Shown here in pieces: positions 48,084-61,800 of a stretch of DNA of 64,000 nt. The position numbers and the translations under genes are program-made. The notes beneath the pieces were generated by a model. That model did no database searches. It worked only from the letters and a program-made list of their open reading frames with translations, and was not told where the DNA came from. How positions within the stretch are numbered: position 1 is the stretch's first letter; every line of letters starts with the position of its first letter. Source of the DNA: Okamejei kenojei (Eukaryota); assembly GCA_035221665.1 (NCBI GenBank), contig CM069138.1, positions 73,532,001 to 73,596,000 of the forward strand, given 5' to 3'.

Positions 48084-49764
48084 TCTACGGAGCATTTATG
48101 GGAAACAACACTGTTTGAAGAGAACACTTCTGCTGAGCAATGTCTTGGTGACCCTCTGAAAAGACTAAATAAATTAAAACTAACCAACATCCCCACATTC
48201 AAAGTTGAAAAGAAGGTACACAACATTTTAATTATTTTGAATGTGCACTACTATTACCCCCAGACATAAATCAGGAGAAAACAGAAATAATGCACTGTCT
48301 ATAGATTAATAATAATGGATACAACACTTACAATCATCACAAGTCTTACAGTGTTGTTACTTCACTGATAAAAGCTGCAATATTCGAGAAGAAATGAAAA
48401 CAACTATTATATTGTGTCAGAATAAGACAACTGACATTACAATTTAACAAGTTAGCTGGCGATGCAAAAGAAACTCACAAAACAAATAAGGGCATTATTA
48501 TAAAGTTAAAAATTAAACATCTTTGCTCATAGCAGAGAACACAGTATGCCTAGAAACCTTGCACAGAGAGGTTAGCGAGTAGATCTGGAGATATCTGACC
48601 TACGCAGGGGTACTGAACCAAGATGTATGAAAGGTTCGTTTTCTGACAGACAAAGAGCCCCCAGGGGCCAGCTGATAATTTTTTTTTCCTTACATTGATA
48701 AAGAAACCTATTTATCTGCAAATATTATTACCCTTCAGCTCTGTAGACAGAAGCTTCCTAAAATAGTTCCCAGGAGAAAGTTTAATGCGAGGCTAACTGT
48801 AACAATCTAGCAATTCTGTTTTTCAAATAGCTTCCTTGGCACTCTTTTGTGCTTTGTGCATTAGTAGGGTTTTGGCACATCTGCGCTGCTGTTTGCCCAC
48901 CATTTCCTCCACAAATTAATGGCTTTATAATTTATCAGAAATGAAGATGCATGTGGAGAAAATCAATATGGGCCCCGGAAGGTCAATTAAGGGGTGCTTT
49001 CCAGAAGTTATTCCAAAGGGTATTATATTGAAGATTACATTTAAGAGCAAAAATGTTGTTAACTTCCATGGCTACACAAGTCATTTTGAAAAGATCTACT
49101 AATTTATTTGAGGAGAAATCATTGTAAATGGAGATCCTATCTGAGTGAACAAACTCTTAAGCAACTCGATCAAGCTGATGCTTTGTATTTCGAAAGCTTA
49201 ATGATGGCTAAGATGATAACTCATGATTGACATGCTTCTTGTACCAAGAGGGAAGAGTTGAAAAACCTTCTGTGACCTCCATTAGACTGATAGGGAAGAC
49301 TAAAAGAGCATTACACTCTCCACCGCCATCTGTCATAATGCATAAGTGAAATGACGATGGCAAATGAAAGGAAGTATAGCAAGCTGTTCTGCAGTGGCAC
49401 ATGAAGTGCCGAGAACTAAAAGAATCAATGCCTGCCTGCGCTGAAGGAAATAATGGAAGGACGGGAAACAGATAGAACTTTCAAAATGCTTTAAAGATGC
49501 AAACTAAATATTGCAAGGTAGACATTACCATATGGAAAACTGCTGACTTGCAAGGATATCATCTTTTGAACTATATCCCAATTTAAATTCCTATTCAGGA
49601 ATGCACTCCTTTAGAATCCATTTGTCAGTTTCAGTTCAAATACAATAATTTAAAAACCAACTGGTGAATTCTGACGTACCCAATCCAGATTACTGAAGGA
49701 AGACTACTGGGAAAGAGAGATTAGAGTTGAATGAATTGACAATATTAGAATATTAATACAGGAA

Positions 49765-49942
49765 NNNNNNNNNNNNNNNNNNNNNNNNNNNNNNNNNNNN
49801 NNNNNNNNNNNNNNNNNNNNNNNNNNNNNNNNNNNNNNNNNNNNNNNNNNNNNNNNNNNNNNNNNNNNNNNNNNNNNNNNNNNNNNNNNNNNNNNNNNNN
49901 NNNNNNNNNNNNNNNNNNNNNNNNNNNNNNNNNNNNNNNNNN
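49765..49942. other. Assembly gap (178 N)
   Basis: Run of n. Confidence 0.99.
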
Positions 49943-50719
49943 NTTTTTGTGTGACAATATGATTTCAGCATCCTTCTGTTCATTTTAAATGGAATATGCA
50001 GGTTCACGCCAACATGAAACAATGTTAACATTTTACATTAAAAAAAATTAAGATCAAGAACAGTTCACAATCTGCCCTCTAATGTATATTTAGCACAGAG
50101 TTAAATTGATAAAGTAATAATGGTTTATGTCGAATCCACTTAGTTAAAACATACAATTAACTAAACTATAATTTGTCACTCTCTCTCCCTCTCTGGTTTG
50201 GAAATACAAGATCATTCTAATCATGGCGTCTCAACCTCTCAATTATATTCCCAACCAGCTCTCTATGTTGCGGGCATGAGCCTTCTCTTTCAACTACTTT
50301 AAAAACTGGTAAACTTTGTTATCCAGTGTTCCTTACTACATTATTTTTAAATCAAGCATGATGCATCAGAAAAAAACTCCACATCTAAAACAAAAAATTT
50401 CTGGTGGAAAATAACAATGATCATTAATGCCTAAATTATTATTACAGATTTGCCACAAGGCTAAAATCCCATAAGATCATGAGTTGCGCAAAGCAATTTT
50501 CCAGGCTTACATCTGTTATGCCAGTGGCACTTTGGCAAACAGAAGATTATATTGCATTTACCAGGCTAAAATCTCCTGGAAGATAAAATTAATATAAATG
50601 TTACATCATTGCATCTAAATGATGTGGCTTAATTGATCTACCAATGAAATTTATAAAATGTGATGGCCAGCTAATTAATAAAATGACTATCAAATAAAAA
50701 AGAAAATGGAGGTGGATAA

Positions 50720-51000
50720 CACCAGAGGGACAAGTTAAGGCAGGGTATAAGAAGTTTACTGAGCAACCTACTAAAGAGAGGTTGGAAGCTGGAACCTACT
50801 GCCTGAAGGGGTGGTACTGGTGGAGATTCATGCAACATTTATGAAGTATCTGGACAAGCACCTGAATCACCAAGACATGGAAGGCTACAAGCCAAGTGTT
50901 GGTAAATGAGATTAGTATAGATACAAACTGTAGGTACTTGATGCTCACATGGACATGGTGAGCTGAGGGCCTGCTTCTAAGCTCACTGATTCTTTGACTG
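50720..51000 (+). mobile_element. Old CR1 3' fragment
   Basis: accagagggacaagttaagg...ctggaacctactgcctgaaggggtgg...gacatggtgagctgagggcctgcttct...tgattct. Confidence 0.65.
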
Positions 51001-54000
51001 CCTCAGGTACTTCAGTACAACAGTTTTTCCTACATTAGTTATTATCATGAAAATTACAGCAACCCACATAAAAATATGGCCATTAAGAAAGTAGTGCATT
51101 TGCAGACTTGATCTTGCTTATATTTTCCAAAAAAACCTATATTACTATAATATTTTCCAGGTGTCCACAATTTGTTCTTGGGATGCAGTGATGTGATATT
51201 TATTGTTCATCCTTACTTAATTGCTCAGAAAGCATGCTTTATTCAGATTTAACCCTTATGTAGGACATGTTATTTTATAAATAGAAACTTCATGCAAGCT
51301 AAACTTCATTTAGTCACAAATCTGTTATTGACTAAATTACTAAAGTTAATATCAAAATTTAAAGTTTTGAAGGGATATGTATTAACTAATTTGATGGGCA
51401 GATTCCATGTCAGCAACTTGCTCTGTGGGTGTTTCTAGGAAGGGCAGATGTGATTTGAGGCCTCATGCTGTAGCAAAGCCAAGTAAAACTGCTCGCCATG
51501 GAGTTGAAAGTGGCATTAACTCAATTTTACACGGATATATTGTGCAAACCTACAACTTGTGAAGCGTTCAAGATCCAATTTTAGAAAAATTTATTACAAA
51601 AACACTTAGTCTATTTCAATTTGTTAAATGACCCCGTCTGTTGTGAGCAACCACAGGTGAAGAAATCAGCTGCCTCCAATTTTTTCATCACCTAACAAGC
51701 ACTGCTCAGGTAGCCACAAGAGCAATATGTAACGCAGATGAATTTGCTCCAGATACTTTGAGAATGTTTAGCAGTAACCGTTTACATTCTCAGTTAGATG
51801 GGAAACAATGATGCAGGTTACCCCTGGCCTCCACTCACCTTTGGCTAGTAATAGAATGCAGGAGGAAGGGTAGCATGCCTCTAACCCCTCCCCCACCACA
51901 TTATCTTTATTTACCTTCACATTCAGGCAGGGTAATTCTAACATGGAGCCGTATTTCTATTAATGAGCCCGCACAGTTAACCTTGACAACAGAACAATAG
52001 GTGGGGTCGTGGACTTGCCACTAGAGACCAAAATAAGTGTAGAAAAAGTCACTTCTGTGGAATCCTCTGGGAATGGTGGAGAAAGTGTTTTCTCGCAAAC
52101 TTCACTTGGAATTTTTGGCCTCCAGCCCTGACCTTGGTCTGCTACTCCAGCTACATCCACCCCCCCCAACCCAACCCTGCCCAAATAATTTTATGGTAGA
52201 GATCATTCCCATATTTATCAACTTTCAATGTCATTTTTGCTCCCACTTACCGGTTCCAATGTCATACTTCTCAGATTCCTGTGAAAATCACCCCCCAGAT
52301 TTTTACATCATTATAAAAATCACAAGGCGGCAATTAATTTATCTATGCCGCAGCAAGTTATATCTCTATGCCAAATACCCGCACAATTGTGTTCTTGGGC
52401 TAAGAACACTTTCATTTTCCGAAGGAATGAAACAAGTGAGCACACAAATAATGTGTTTCTGCATCTTCAATTCCGGGATGTATTAAAAATGATTGAAAAT
52501 CAGTCCGACCGACAACAGAAAATGTTGTTTATTGCGGATCCATTCTTCTTTAGAGTTCAGTGGGTTGGATGGGGTTGGTTAATGACAATTAACAGTGTAC
52601 ACCTTCAGAAGAAGAATTTCACTACCTAAAGAATTATTAATTTATTAGCATTTAATAAAAATAACTAAATGAACTTTAAAGTTTTATTGAATTATATGAA
52701 CTCCGTTAATTTGGTTAATGTTTTGTGACTTTATAAGATAATTTAAAGCTAATGGAGAAAAATGTGTTATTTGTTCGATCAGTGGATATGTTTACTGTGT
52801 TCTTCCAAGAATTCTATAGCAGAAACATATCTGCTCTGTTATTCATTCAAGGAATGATTTTAAATAAAACATTGACACAAAGTTAAATGTTTATTCAAAT
52901 ATTATCCATTATAGAACATTTATTTAATTTGTGTTTTCCAGATTTCATTATCTATAGCCCCTTTTGTCTACTTTTAAAATATAAAACATTCAAACTTAAT
53001 TTGATCCTGTACGTTTTTTCCTTCTTACCCACTTCAAACAAATGGATCATGATGTAGTTTTTTACAGTAACTAAAGTTATTCTCTATCTATTTACGTCAT
53101 TGTGGTGTTAAAAGGAACATATGTTTTTATATTGCCTGCAATGGATAAGGAAAATGTTAATCTGTCTTCCCAGGAATTTCAAAAAGTATACCCACTTTAC
53201 CATTTCTAAACAGACTGCCTACGACCTCTTTCAAAGCTGTTCAGCAAAGGGATGCATCTTTGCAGCCTGTCAACATCCTCCTGCTACAATGCATTCGCTG
53301 CTTACATTCTAATCTCTTAATATTATCATTGGACCCCCTTGTTTAAAAGGCAACAAAAACAGATGAGGAGCATCGTTTGAAAGTAAATGGTATCAAGTGC
53401 TGTGCTTTCATTATTTGTGTCTAACCAGCATTTCAGAGATCATTCTATGTGGGGAGCTGTGCTTGCTGAAAAGGCATTTAAAGAGCCAGGACAGCTCAAT
53501 TTAATATCTGCAGTTCTTGGTAGTGCTGATCCATGGCGGATGTGCCCAATCACCATGTAGTATACAGAGCATTTGCAATTACTTAAAACTTTATACTTAA
53601 AATGTATTTCCAATTTGTGGACGATGCTGGTAAAAATAATATTTGTTCAACCTTGCACTAATAATTCACATAACTAATTATAACCACCCTTTAATAAGAT
53701 TAACATTCCATAGTTTAATATCCTTGCACAATTGTTTAGAAATATATTCAAATTATATCTGGTGTAGAAATGAATTGTTTATTTCTATCTTATTTCATTC
53801 CAGACAAATTTTCCTCTTATCTTAAAAGAGAGTTAGAATAAACTGTATTTTATATTCTGCAAAATATCACAGCAATAACTGACATGACTGCACCACAATA
53901 CAGAACAACGACATTAAAGAGCTACATTAAACATTAATTTTATTAATTAAACATGAAAGAACATTTAGGACCGCATGTGTGTTATTTTTAAAGTGAATCA

Positions 54001-57000
54001 CCTGCCCAATCTCACTTTGTGGAAAAGAAATGTCAAAGAGGGAGCGCCCAATGCTTGAGCTACCAAATGTACACCATTGTTATCGAGTCATCCCAGCTGG
54101 ACTCCAAATTTAATCCCAGGTCCCTCTTGAAATTATCTGGTTAGAGTTATGTTGGCAGTTGAAATACCACCATTGGTCTCAGTGCTCCAAGCCAAGGGAG
54201 AAAACAAATCAAGCAAATTTGCCGCCTGCAGCAAAAAAAATATGCATGATTGTTAAATGAAGACAGTATAGGGTTCTGCAATGATCATGAAATAACATGC
54301 CTGCACATATTACTCAAGCTGGTTCAAGAAGAATGGTTATTTTCCATCGCACCATTATTGTCCTTGGGACTATACCTCAAGATGAATAATTATATTTAGA
54401 GATGACAGAAAAGGAAAAAAATGGTAGACGACACAAAGCAATGTAAAGAGTGAGCATATGAACAGCTGCTGACATGTTATGTCATTTTGATTTCCTCAGT
54501 CATTTATAGGATTTGGAATCTGCGTAATACATTTGTAAAAATTACATTTGACAAAATTGCAAATTTATATGTTCGTTCTTTAAATGCTATGACATATGAT
54601 TATCAAATCATATTAAATGCAAACGGAAAAGAAAATTAAATCACAGCATTTTTGAGAGTTCTTATAACAACCTTAATAATTAATAAATACATCGTATTAA
54701 TGAAATACTTCATTTTTTAAACAATGTTGGGTAACTGCTACTTTGCCCAACTTGCTTCTAATATGAACTACAAAAAGCAGCTTAAAATCATGCTACACCA
54801 AAATTGATGTCACTGCTTCTCACAATAATGTAAAGCAGAACTGACCATTTTCCCTTTTAAGTGCTTACGCTAAAAGCAACTGTTCTCTCAAGAAAGCTCT
54901 GGCTGTTTCTAGGATACTTACACACGCACAATGACTCATGTTGGAATAGATTTTGTAAACATACAGCTGCACAGAATGTGAGCACAGCCCATTCAAGGCC
55001 AGAAGAAATGAGCACAAATAAATATTAAGGAGGTAAGAAAACGTACAGCTCTGTCCCAGCAGCTCATGTGGCTCACCTCATTCTTTTAGCTTCAGCTTTG
55101 TTAAGACAGATGACATTCAATTCTACATGTCATGCAAAATAGACAATAACTGCTGAAACTTGAGCCAGCTGCCAGGTGTAAAAAAAAGAAAAGATGATAA
55201 ATCCATAAATTAATGAAAGACATCTGCTCAGGAAAATAAAAGATCAGAGAAATACTGCACTGCAGCTGAACCTAAAGCAGTATTCAAACACCACACGAGT
55301 TTGTGTGTAAGCTGCATACAGAGTTTTTACAAGGCAAATATGTAGAATTACCTGAGAGGCAGATGAGTTATGTCAGTGCAGGACAATATAAAATTGTACA
55401 ATTGGATTAAAGACAGCAGCAGTGTAACTGGAACATTGCCATTTTTCAATTCAGCCTGAGAAGACTTTTTAAATCCATCCTTGAGATGGACAATAAAGTT
55501 TTGTTTAAAAAAAATAATCAAAGCAGCATTTGCTTTATGTATCACTGTATGTCTATTGCTGCCAGAAAATAATTATTACAAAATTTGTGATCGAGTAGAT
55601 AATTGCAGAATTTTAAGTACAATTTCTAAATTCCATCTTGTTCAAGTTATCATCTTTTGCATTATTCCATATCATATGTAACATAATCTTAGTTACCAGA
55701 TTACTCGCAATTAAATATTTTGGCACGGGACCAATGTTTGAAAGCATTAGAACTCGATTGTAGTTTCACTCCGCCTGGTTCCTATTTATTATATTTTAGT
55801 TTATAACTCTAGGTGTCCTCTTATTTTTTGTTAGCTCCATGGAGATTGAATGTACTCATCCACTAGCCTTGCCCCAAGCAGTAGCTCAGCTCCAATGTGC
55901 TGTGTATTCTACAAGGTTATTTTCTTGAGATGCAAAAGGAGGGTTGTGTCATGGAGGATCAAGGCTGAAATCTTGAGACAGCCATTCAACTGTTTCCTTT
56001 AACATTAGGGTTTGGGATGGTGGTGGGATGTGGTGGGATAAGGAGGGGACGGGGTACAGTAAAGAACCCCAGTCTAATTACTATGGTTCTATTCACGAGC
56101 TTGCAGAATATTTTGCCATTATGTTAAAGTAACTGAGATGCAACTGTGTGCAGTTGGACGTAATGGGTTTTAATACAATCATAATCTTTCTAGTTCAATA
56201 AGTACAAAATAGTACACAGTAAAAGTAATTTCTCTTTTTGAGGACAATAAATTATTACTATGGGAGTGAAATGGCTGAGCATCCTCTATTAGCTTAGCCA
56301 AATACCTGAAAATTCCTACAACATACTCCAGTCCAAAATTTGTGTATAGAGTAGGTCAAAATAAAGGGCAAGCAATATGTATCTTAATGTAACTTTCAAG
56401 GTAAGGTAATAAATTCATAGTTGCAATTTAAAAAGTGCATTTTCGTCACCTTTGAAATATGTAACTGGCCATTAAATTCACGAAACACCACAGAGTGCTG
56501 CTAAGCAACAATAAATGGTGCCGTATGTTACTGACTCCTGTCAACAAATCTTTATAGCAAAAATAGAAGCTCTATTACTTCAACAAAGTGATAGGATAAA
56601 ACAAAAGGAAAAGCTGTTTTGAAAACTGGCACTGAAATAAGAAAAATTGCAGTTGATGCACCATTTTGATACTTCATGAAATATTTTTGAGAGTTATCTG
56701 TTTGAAAAAGGGGGAAAAAAAGTACAGTAAACCTTGTGAAAGAAGTTCAGTTTAGCTGAGCCCACTCTGATTGTGCTCACAAGCTTTTAAAATCATTTGC
56801 TTTGTATATACAAGGACAAAAGATTTCTGTGTACAGCTGAACAGAGGTTAATCATGCATAGCAGGCAGCTGCACTGAACTTGCAGAACAGTAAAGGGTGG
56901 GGGTGATGCACTTGTTGCATCTTCAGTGTCTGGGTTATCCAAAAACAGGTAATAACAGTTTAAAAAAAAAAAAAAAAAGACTGGACCCCTTGCTTAAAGT

Positions 57001-57118
57001 TCAACTCAATTCTATTGAGTCTTTGCGATGCCACGGGGACAATATGGGTGAAAACTTGGAACTCTTTTTAGTTGCATATACCTATTTAAGACACTAAAGA
57101 ACAATCAGTAAAGGATAT

Positions 57119-58831
57119 TGTATTTCCAGAGTATGGTGAAATGTCCGCCATGTCTTGCAAGTCACTACACTCAGATTTAATGAGAGATAACGAGAGACCT
57201 TCCGCTGTGCTGGATGGATGGATTGGTGAGCAGGGGCGATGGTTCATGTGGTGTGATGATACTTTGGTCCGCAGACAGGCAGTTTCCCTGGTCAGGTCCA
57301 AGGACTCGGGAGATGACCTGTCTTTCCCAGATACTGCACTGGAGGCATTGCCTATCGAACTCTGAAAGGAATAGGCCATGAGAGGAAGAGGCAGCGGATG
57401 GCGAAAGGCAGGGGATGAAAACCCTGCTGCGGCTGAGAGCGGGGACTGGTGATGAGAAACGTGGTGGCCTCCCATGGACGGGGTGGACGCAGATGGCTCG
57501 GAGGAGTTTTTGCGTACTACGAGAGGCAGTGCTTCCGTCTGGTCCGAGGAATTAGACACGTGCATGTTGGCAAAAGTATTCAACGGGTTCGAAATTATAA
57601 CGTCGCCAAAGCATTGAAGTCGTTGATTTGTTGTGTGGAAGTTGTGGTTTTCTCCATTCATGGCAAATCTCGCCTGTGGAATCTGGATAGGGGGGAAGAC
57701 CTGAGGAAGCTGGTGGGAGGATTTAGAGAACATTTTGACGACAGAGTCCACTACTTGTGACATGGTGGAATTGAGTTCCTGTTTGAGAGTCTCAGCTAGC
57801 TGTTTTCCTTCAGCATGCAAGGTGGTTAGGCCTTGGCCTTTCCTGGAGCGGCCATCTCTCTTCAGTTTTTCATTTTCTGCCGCCATTTCCTGCTCCCTAA
57901 TAAGAGCTCGAGCACGATCAAGGAAGTGGCCTGGATCCAACTCTGATATCTCATGGTCGGACCGGGCTCGTGCTCTAGTATCAGTGGTTTCTGACTGCAA
58001 GCTATCTTCAGACAGATTACCATCTTCATCGTTCTCAGAGTCCGTACTGTCATATATTTGGTAGAACTTTTCCTGGAGCTGACGCAGTTGCTTCTGCATG
58101 TCTTCCAGTTGTTGCTTCAATTGCCGTCGTTCTTCTCGTTTTTGCTCTTTCCGGGCTGTAACCAGTTGCTGAAAACTCTGTTGCTGCTGCTGGGGAAGCT
58201 TCTGCTTGCGTTTATTTTCCCTGTAACTTTCTCGGGGACTCACAGGCAGCTGAACCCCATCTCGATCGTTCTCTCCACCCCGCAGTGCCACGTTCGGCGA
58301 ATGACTCATGCCTCGAATTATGTTTTCAACTCGTGCACGTTTGGCCCGCAAATGTTCATCACAAAGCCGATCCACATCAAACTGACTCATGTTAGGCCTG
58401 CTAAACGGTGACAGGCATTCTTGGCCACTTTCCCTTGAAGAGTTGCTGCAAGCATCCTCCTGATTTGCCTCTGACCCCGTGCTGGAGAGACCACTGGTTT
58501 GCAAATTGAGCTCTGTGCTTCCGTTCTTAGTTGCATTGTTTTTCAGTAGCTGGGAAATTATGGTAGCTCCAGGAAAAGGCATCATGGCATCTTCATAAGA
58601 GTTTGCCCTCTTCAGCAACTTGCGGAGCACGTTTGATTTGTCCCCATCTGTATGCTGAACCACTGAGCACTCAATGTCCTGATCTGAACTTTGGGAATTC
58701 ATGACACTATATAGCTTCCCTTTTGCTTTAGTTAACACCGTAGTTGTCCCTACAGTTCTCTTCACTCCAATGTCGACTCTTCGTCTCTTAGTATGTCTGG
58801 TTAGGAGGGCTATGCTGTCATGGTCAGGCAT
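57119..58831 (-). CDS. PROX1: PROX1 coding exon 2 (first coding exon, 571 codons)
   Basis: ORF 57086..58834 reads MPDHDSIALLTRHTKRRRVDIGVKRTVG...LRKLLKRANSYEDAMMPFPGATIISQLL...DISPYSGNT, the Prox1 N-terminal region. It has a KRRR NLS, the LRKLL and ISQLL NR boxes, a Q-rich coiled coil and the LKQE/IKSE SUMO motifs. The true ATG is at 58831 (the ORF track starts at a GTG). The exon ends at the ATATCCTTT U12 donor. Confidence 0.97.
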
Positions 58832-58898
58832 CACTGGTTTGTTATTGTGCCATCTTCAAAGGCTTGTCAGCTGGGCACAGCTCGAGAATCCCGGGACC
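58832..58898 (-). other. PROX1: PROX1 5' UTR part of exon 2 (67 nt)
   Basis: Acceptor gtccttttgttctattggctAG is followed by GGTCCCGGGATTCTCGAGCTGTGCCCAGCTGACAAGCCTTTGAAGATGGCACAATAACAAACCAGTG-ATG. Confidence 0.85.
58842..58853 (-). promoter_or_regulatory. Minimal uORF ATG-GCA-CAA-TAA (M-A-Q-stop)
   Basis: Context gaAgATGG has A at -3 and G at +4. The stop ends 10 nt upstream of the PROX1 ATG. Confidence 0.7.
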
Positions 58899-61800
58899 CT
58901 AGCCAATAGAACAAAAGGACCGATGAATCATTTTCTTTAATTTTCTCTAAATTTCCTGACCTCAAATCTGCATAAAATAGGCAAGTGCTGGTAAAGGGGG
59001 TTATGGGACATTACATTTATCACAGTTCATTATGCATTTGATGCAAAATGATTTTTACAAATATTTATTTTCACATGGTTTGGGATAGATTAAGCTTTTT
59101 TTTACAAAGCAAAGCTCCTTGAGCATCAATAATATAATTCATGTAAAAAAATGTTAAACGTTATCATTTACCTTAAGGGGAAAAGTGTAAAAAAAAACAT
59201 GCAGACAAATATTTTGATTAAGTCATACATAAATCTGAAAATAATTCAAGAACAAATCAATATAGTTATAAAACACTGGTGTTTTATGCATTTCTATTTT
59301 GCATCATTACAGTTTGATGCAAAAGTCATTTACTGAAAAAGCCATGCCGACAATTGTGCGTAATTTGTTCAGATTTAGCTTTGTTAATTTTGTTCTATGC
59401 ACAGTTAACATGAAGTTTCTAAATTGCACTCATTTCTTCTGCACTTCATTCAAAGAATGCCACGAGATATTACATTACCGACTGCACAAAATGAAAGACA
59501 GCAGAGCAAACCTAAATATAGATTTACGCTGTCCACTTATTCTTTTTAAACCTATATATAGTTAATTGTTGGCAAAATGTTTTCGAATGCTATAGTGATA
59601 AGAAATTGCTTCCAGATTCATACTGTACATTAAAAAAACACCATTGACAATGACATTACTAAATATTTACATCACTTTTCAAATGTTATGGTAATATTTA
59701 ACTAATCAAAGGTCATCAGTTAAAAACTTTATATACAACAATAAGCGTACTAATCAAAGGAAATGTTGTTATATAATATCTACCGAGAGGTTCAGCTGCA
59801 ATGCAAGTGAGAATTCCTTTATAACCTCAAAAATCACATTAGAAATTAATTAGACAAAGCAAGAAAACATGAAGCACAAGCGTGGGAAAGGAAGGGAATG
59901 TATTTTCTTTTATGTCAGAACTCCCAACTTCCCAAGATCAAAAATACACTAATGAACTTAGAAGTGCTCCATGCCTGGTTAACTCACATAGATGTAATCC
60001 CACGGATGTTACATGTGCAGAAACAAGGGTTTAAGTTTTTAACCTACATAAACAGAAAATCACAAAATATTTTTCATGCTAGATTTACTCTATGTGAAAC
60101 TTTTGCATCAACTCAACAGCACTCATCTCCACAATAGCACGGCTGCTTGCCAAAGGCAGCATGCAGACATTTTGGATTTGCTCCGTCCCTTTCAACTCAC
60201 CTGTAAAAACATCCACATATTCCACAGCACCACAGCTGTGAGTGATTATCTCTACAGAAACAAGCTTTGACTAAGCAACTTTCAACCTGCTGATATTTGG
60301 AAATGGATTGTCACGATTTTAAATAAAAACAGCCTGCTTCCCTCCAGAAAGATTTGATATTTAGGCTTGCAATGTGTTCATCATAATTCATAATTAATAT
60401 GAGACCGGAGCAAAATTTAATACTTAGGGTAACACCGTTGTGAGAATTTAGTCCTCCTGGTTAATCTGCATCCAATGTAAGCTGTTGCCTGCGATAAGTT
60501 TAAACATTTAGGGCAGCTAAGCAGGAATTCAAACCTGCAAAATCAAATGTTCATTCCTTACTCTTCCAAAAGCAAATTTCTATATTTATCTTTAAAGACT
60601 TCAACAGTTAAAAGCCAAAGTATTTTAAAATTCCATCCAAGTCTTTACTAGTTAAAGGTCATTTTAAACCTCATCAATAAATATGCTTCATAAATTAAGA
60701 GAGTTAACGTCATCAATATATATTTTTTTAATTTAAGTGTCGGTGTTGCATATGTGGAGTATTGTGTAGAGGGAAACGACTGACTGTATGAGATGCATTT
60801 AAACATAAATTACTTCTAATTATCGTCTTAGGTAAAGAAAAATGGACGTACAGTCTTCAGCTCATAATGAATTGGGTGAACACATTCTCAAGAGTTATTT
60901 TCTTAGGGAGTAAGGTGACTGGTTACCCGAAGCAAGAGCCATCTTCCTCTACATGCTAATTCACCTGCGGTTTCAGGAAATGTTTGCGTTAGTGCAACTG
61001 TTTATTAAGCTGCATTTACAATCAAGACAGCAGTTGCTGTTTAGCTGTCTTGTTGGGGATGTGGAAAGAATGAAAAAAGGGAAAACGGAGAAATTGGTTC
61101 AAGTGGATGTTGATGCCTCCGAGTTGATTAACAGAACTGTGCATGGATAGACAGCACTCTTTAAAGAACAATTTTATGATTCTAAAATAACTCCTTTTTA
61201 ATTTCTCACAATACAGCCATGCATAAAAATATTGAAGCACACCTAATTGGTAAAAGGTTCCAATTCTATACCAGAATGAAATGCACAATAAATAACTTTA
61301 TCTTTAATCCACCCAACAATTCTCAAGCAATTTCTGTCACTCTCATGAAAGGTTAATTAAAACAGTGACCGAATCTTTCGAGGAGTTTTGCCTAATTTTC
61401 TTCTAGAAAGCTGAACCCAGTGCATAACAATCTGCACACCTGCAATGCCACAAGGTATCTAATCAAGTATAATCAAGCAAAAACAACTTGAATAATCTGC
61501 TGTAGAGAAAAATAAAACGTGAATAATCACAGATGAACGACTTTATAATCTCACTATATGTAGGTTTCCTAGGTATATTAGGTATATTCAGTTTTGTGTT
61601 TTCCTATATACGCAGGGTCAATATATTATGGAAAATTTAAATAAACGTTATTTACCTATAATTGGTACAGAGGAAGCACTTCGGGAAATTAAACTTTATG
61701 GACACTAAGGGACTGGAAAGATGTTATCGAGGAAAACGCCGTTGCAGCTCAGTTATTAATCTGAATTATTTCTACAGATACAAAATGATACTTCAACCGA

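Larger units (their letters stand above)
48059..57118 (-). other. PROX1: U12-type (minor spliceosome) AT-AC intron, PROX1 intron 2
   Basis: 5' end ATATCCTTT (57118-57110), branch site TTTTCCTTGAC (48083-48073) and 3' end CATAC (AC at 48060-48059). Splicing joins ...SGNT to IQEG... in frame. Confidence 0.93.

Noticed and set aside
57086-57118. ORF tail ISFTDCSLVS-stop as the true PROX1 C-terminus
   Set aside because: It is read-through into the U12 intron. The protein continues in exons 3 and 4.
57141-58940. Plus-strand ORFs (74-117 aa) overlapping exon 2
   Set aside because: Antisense shadows of a long coding exon with no recognisable domains.
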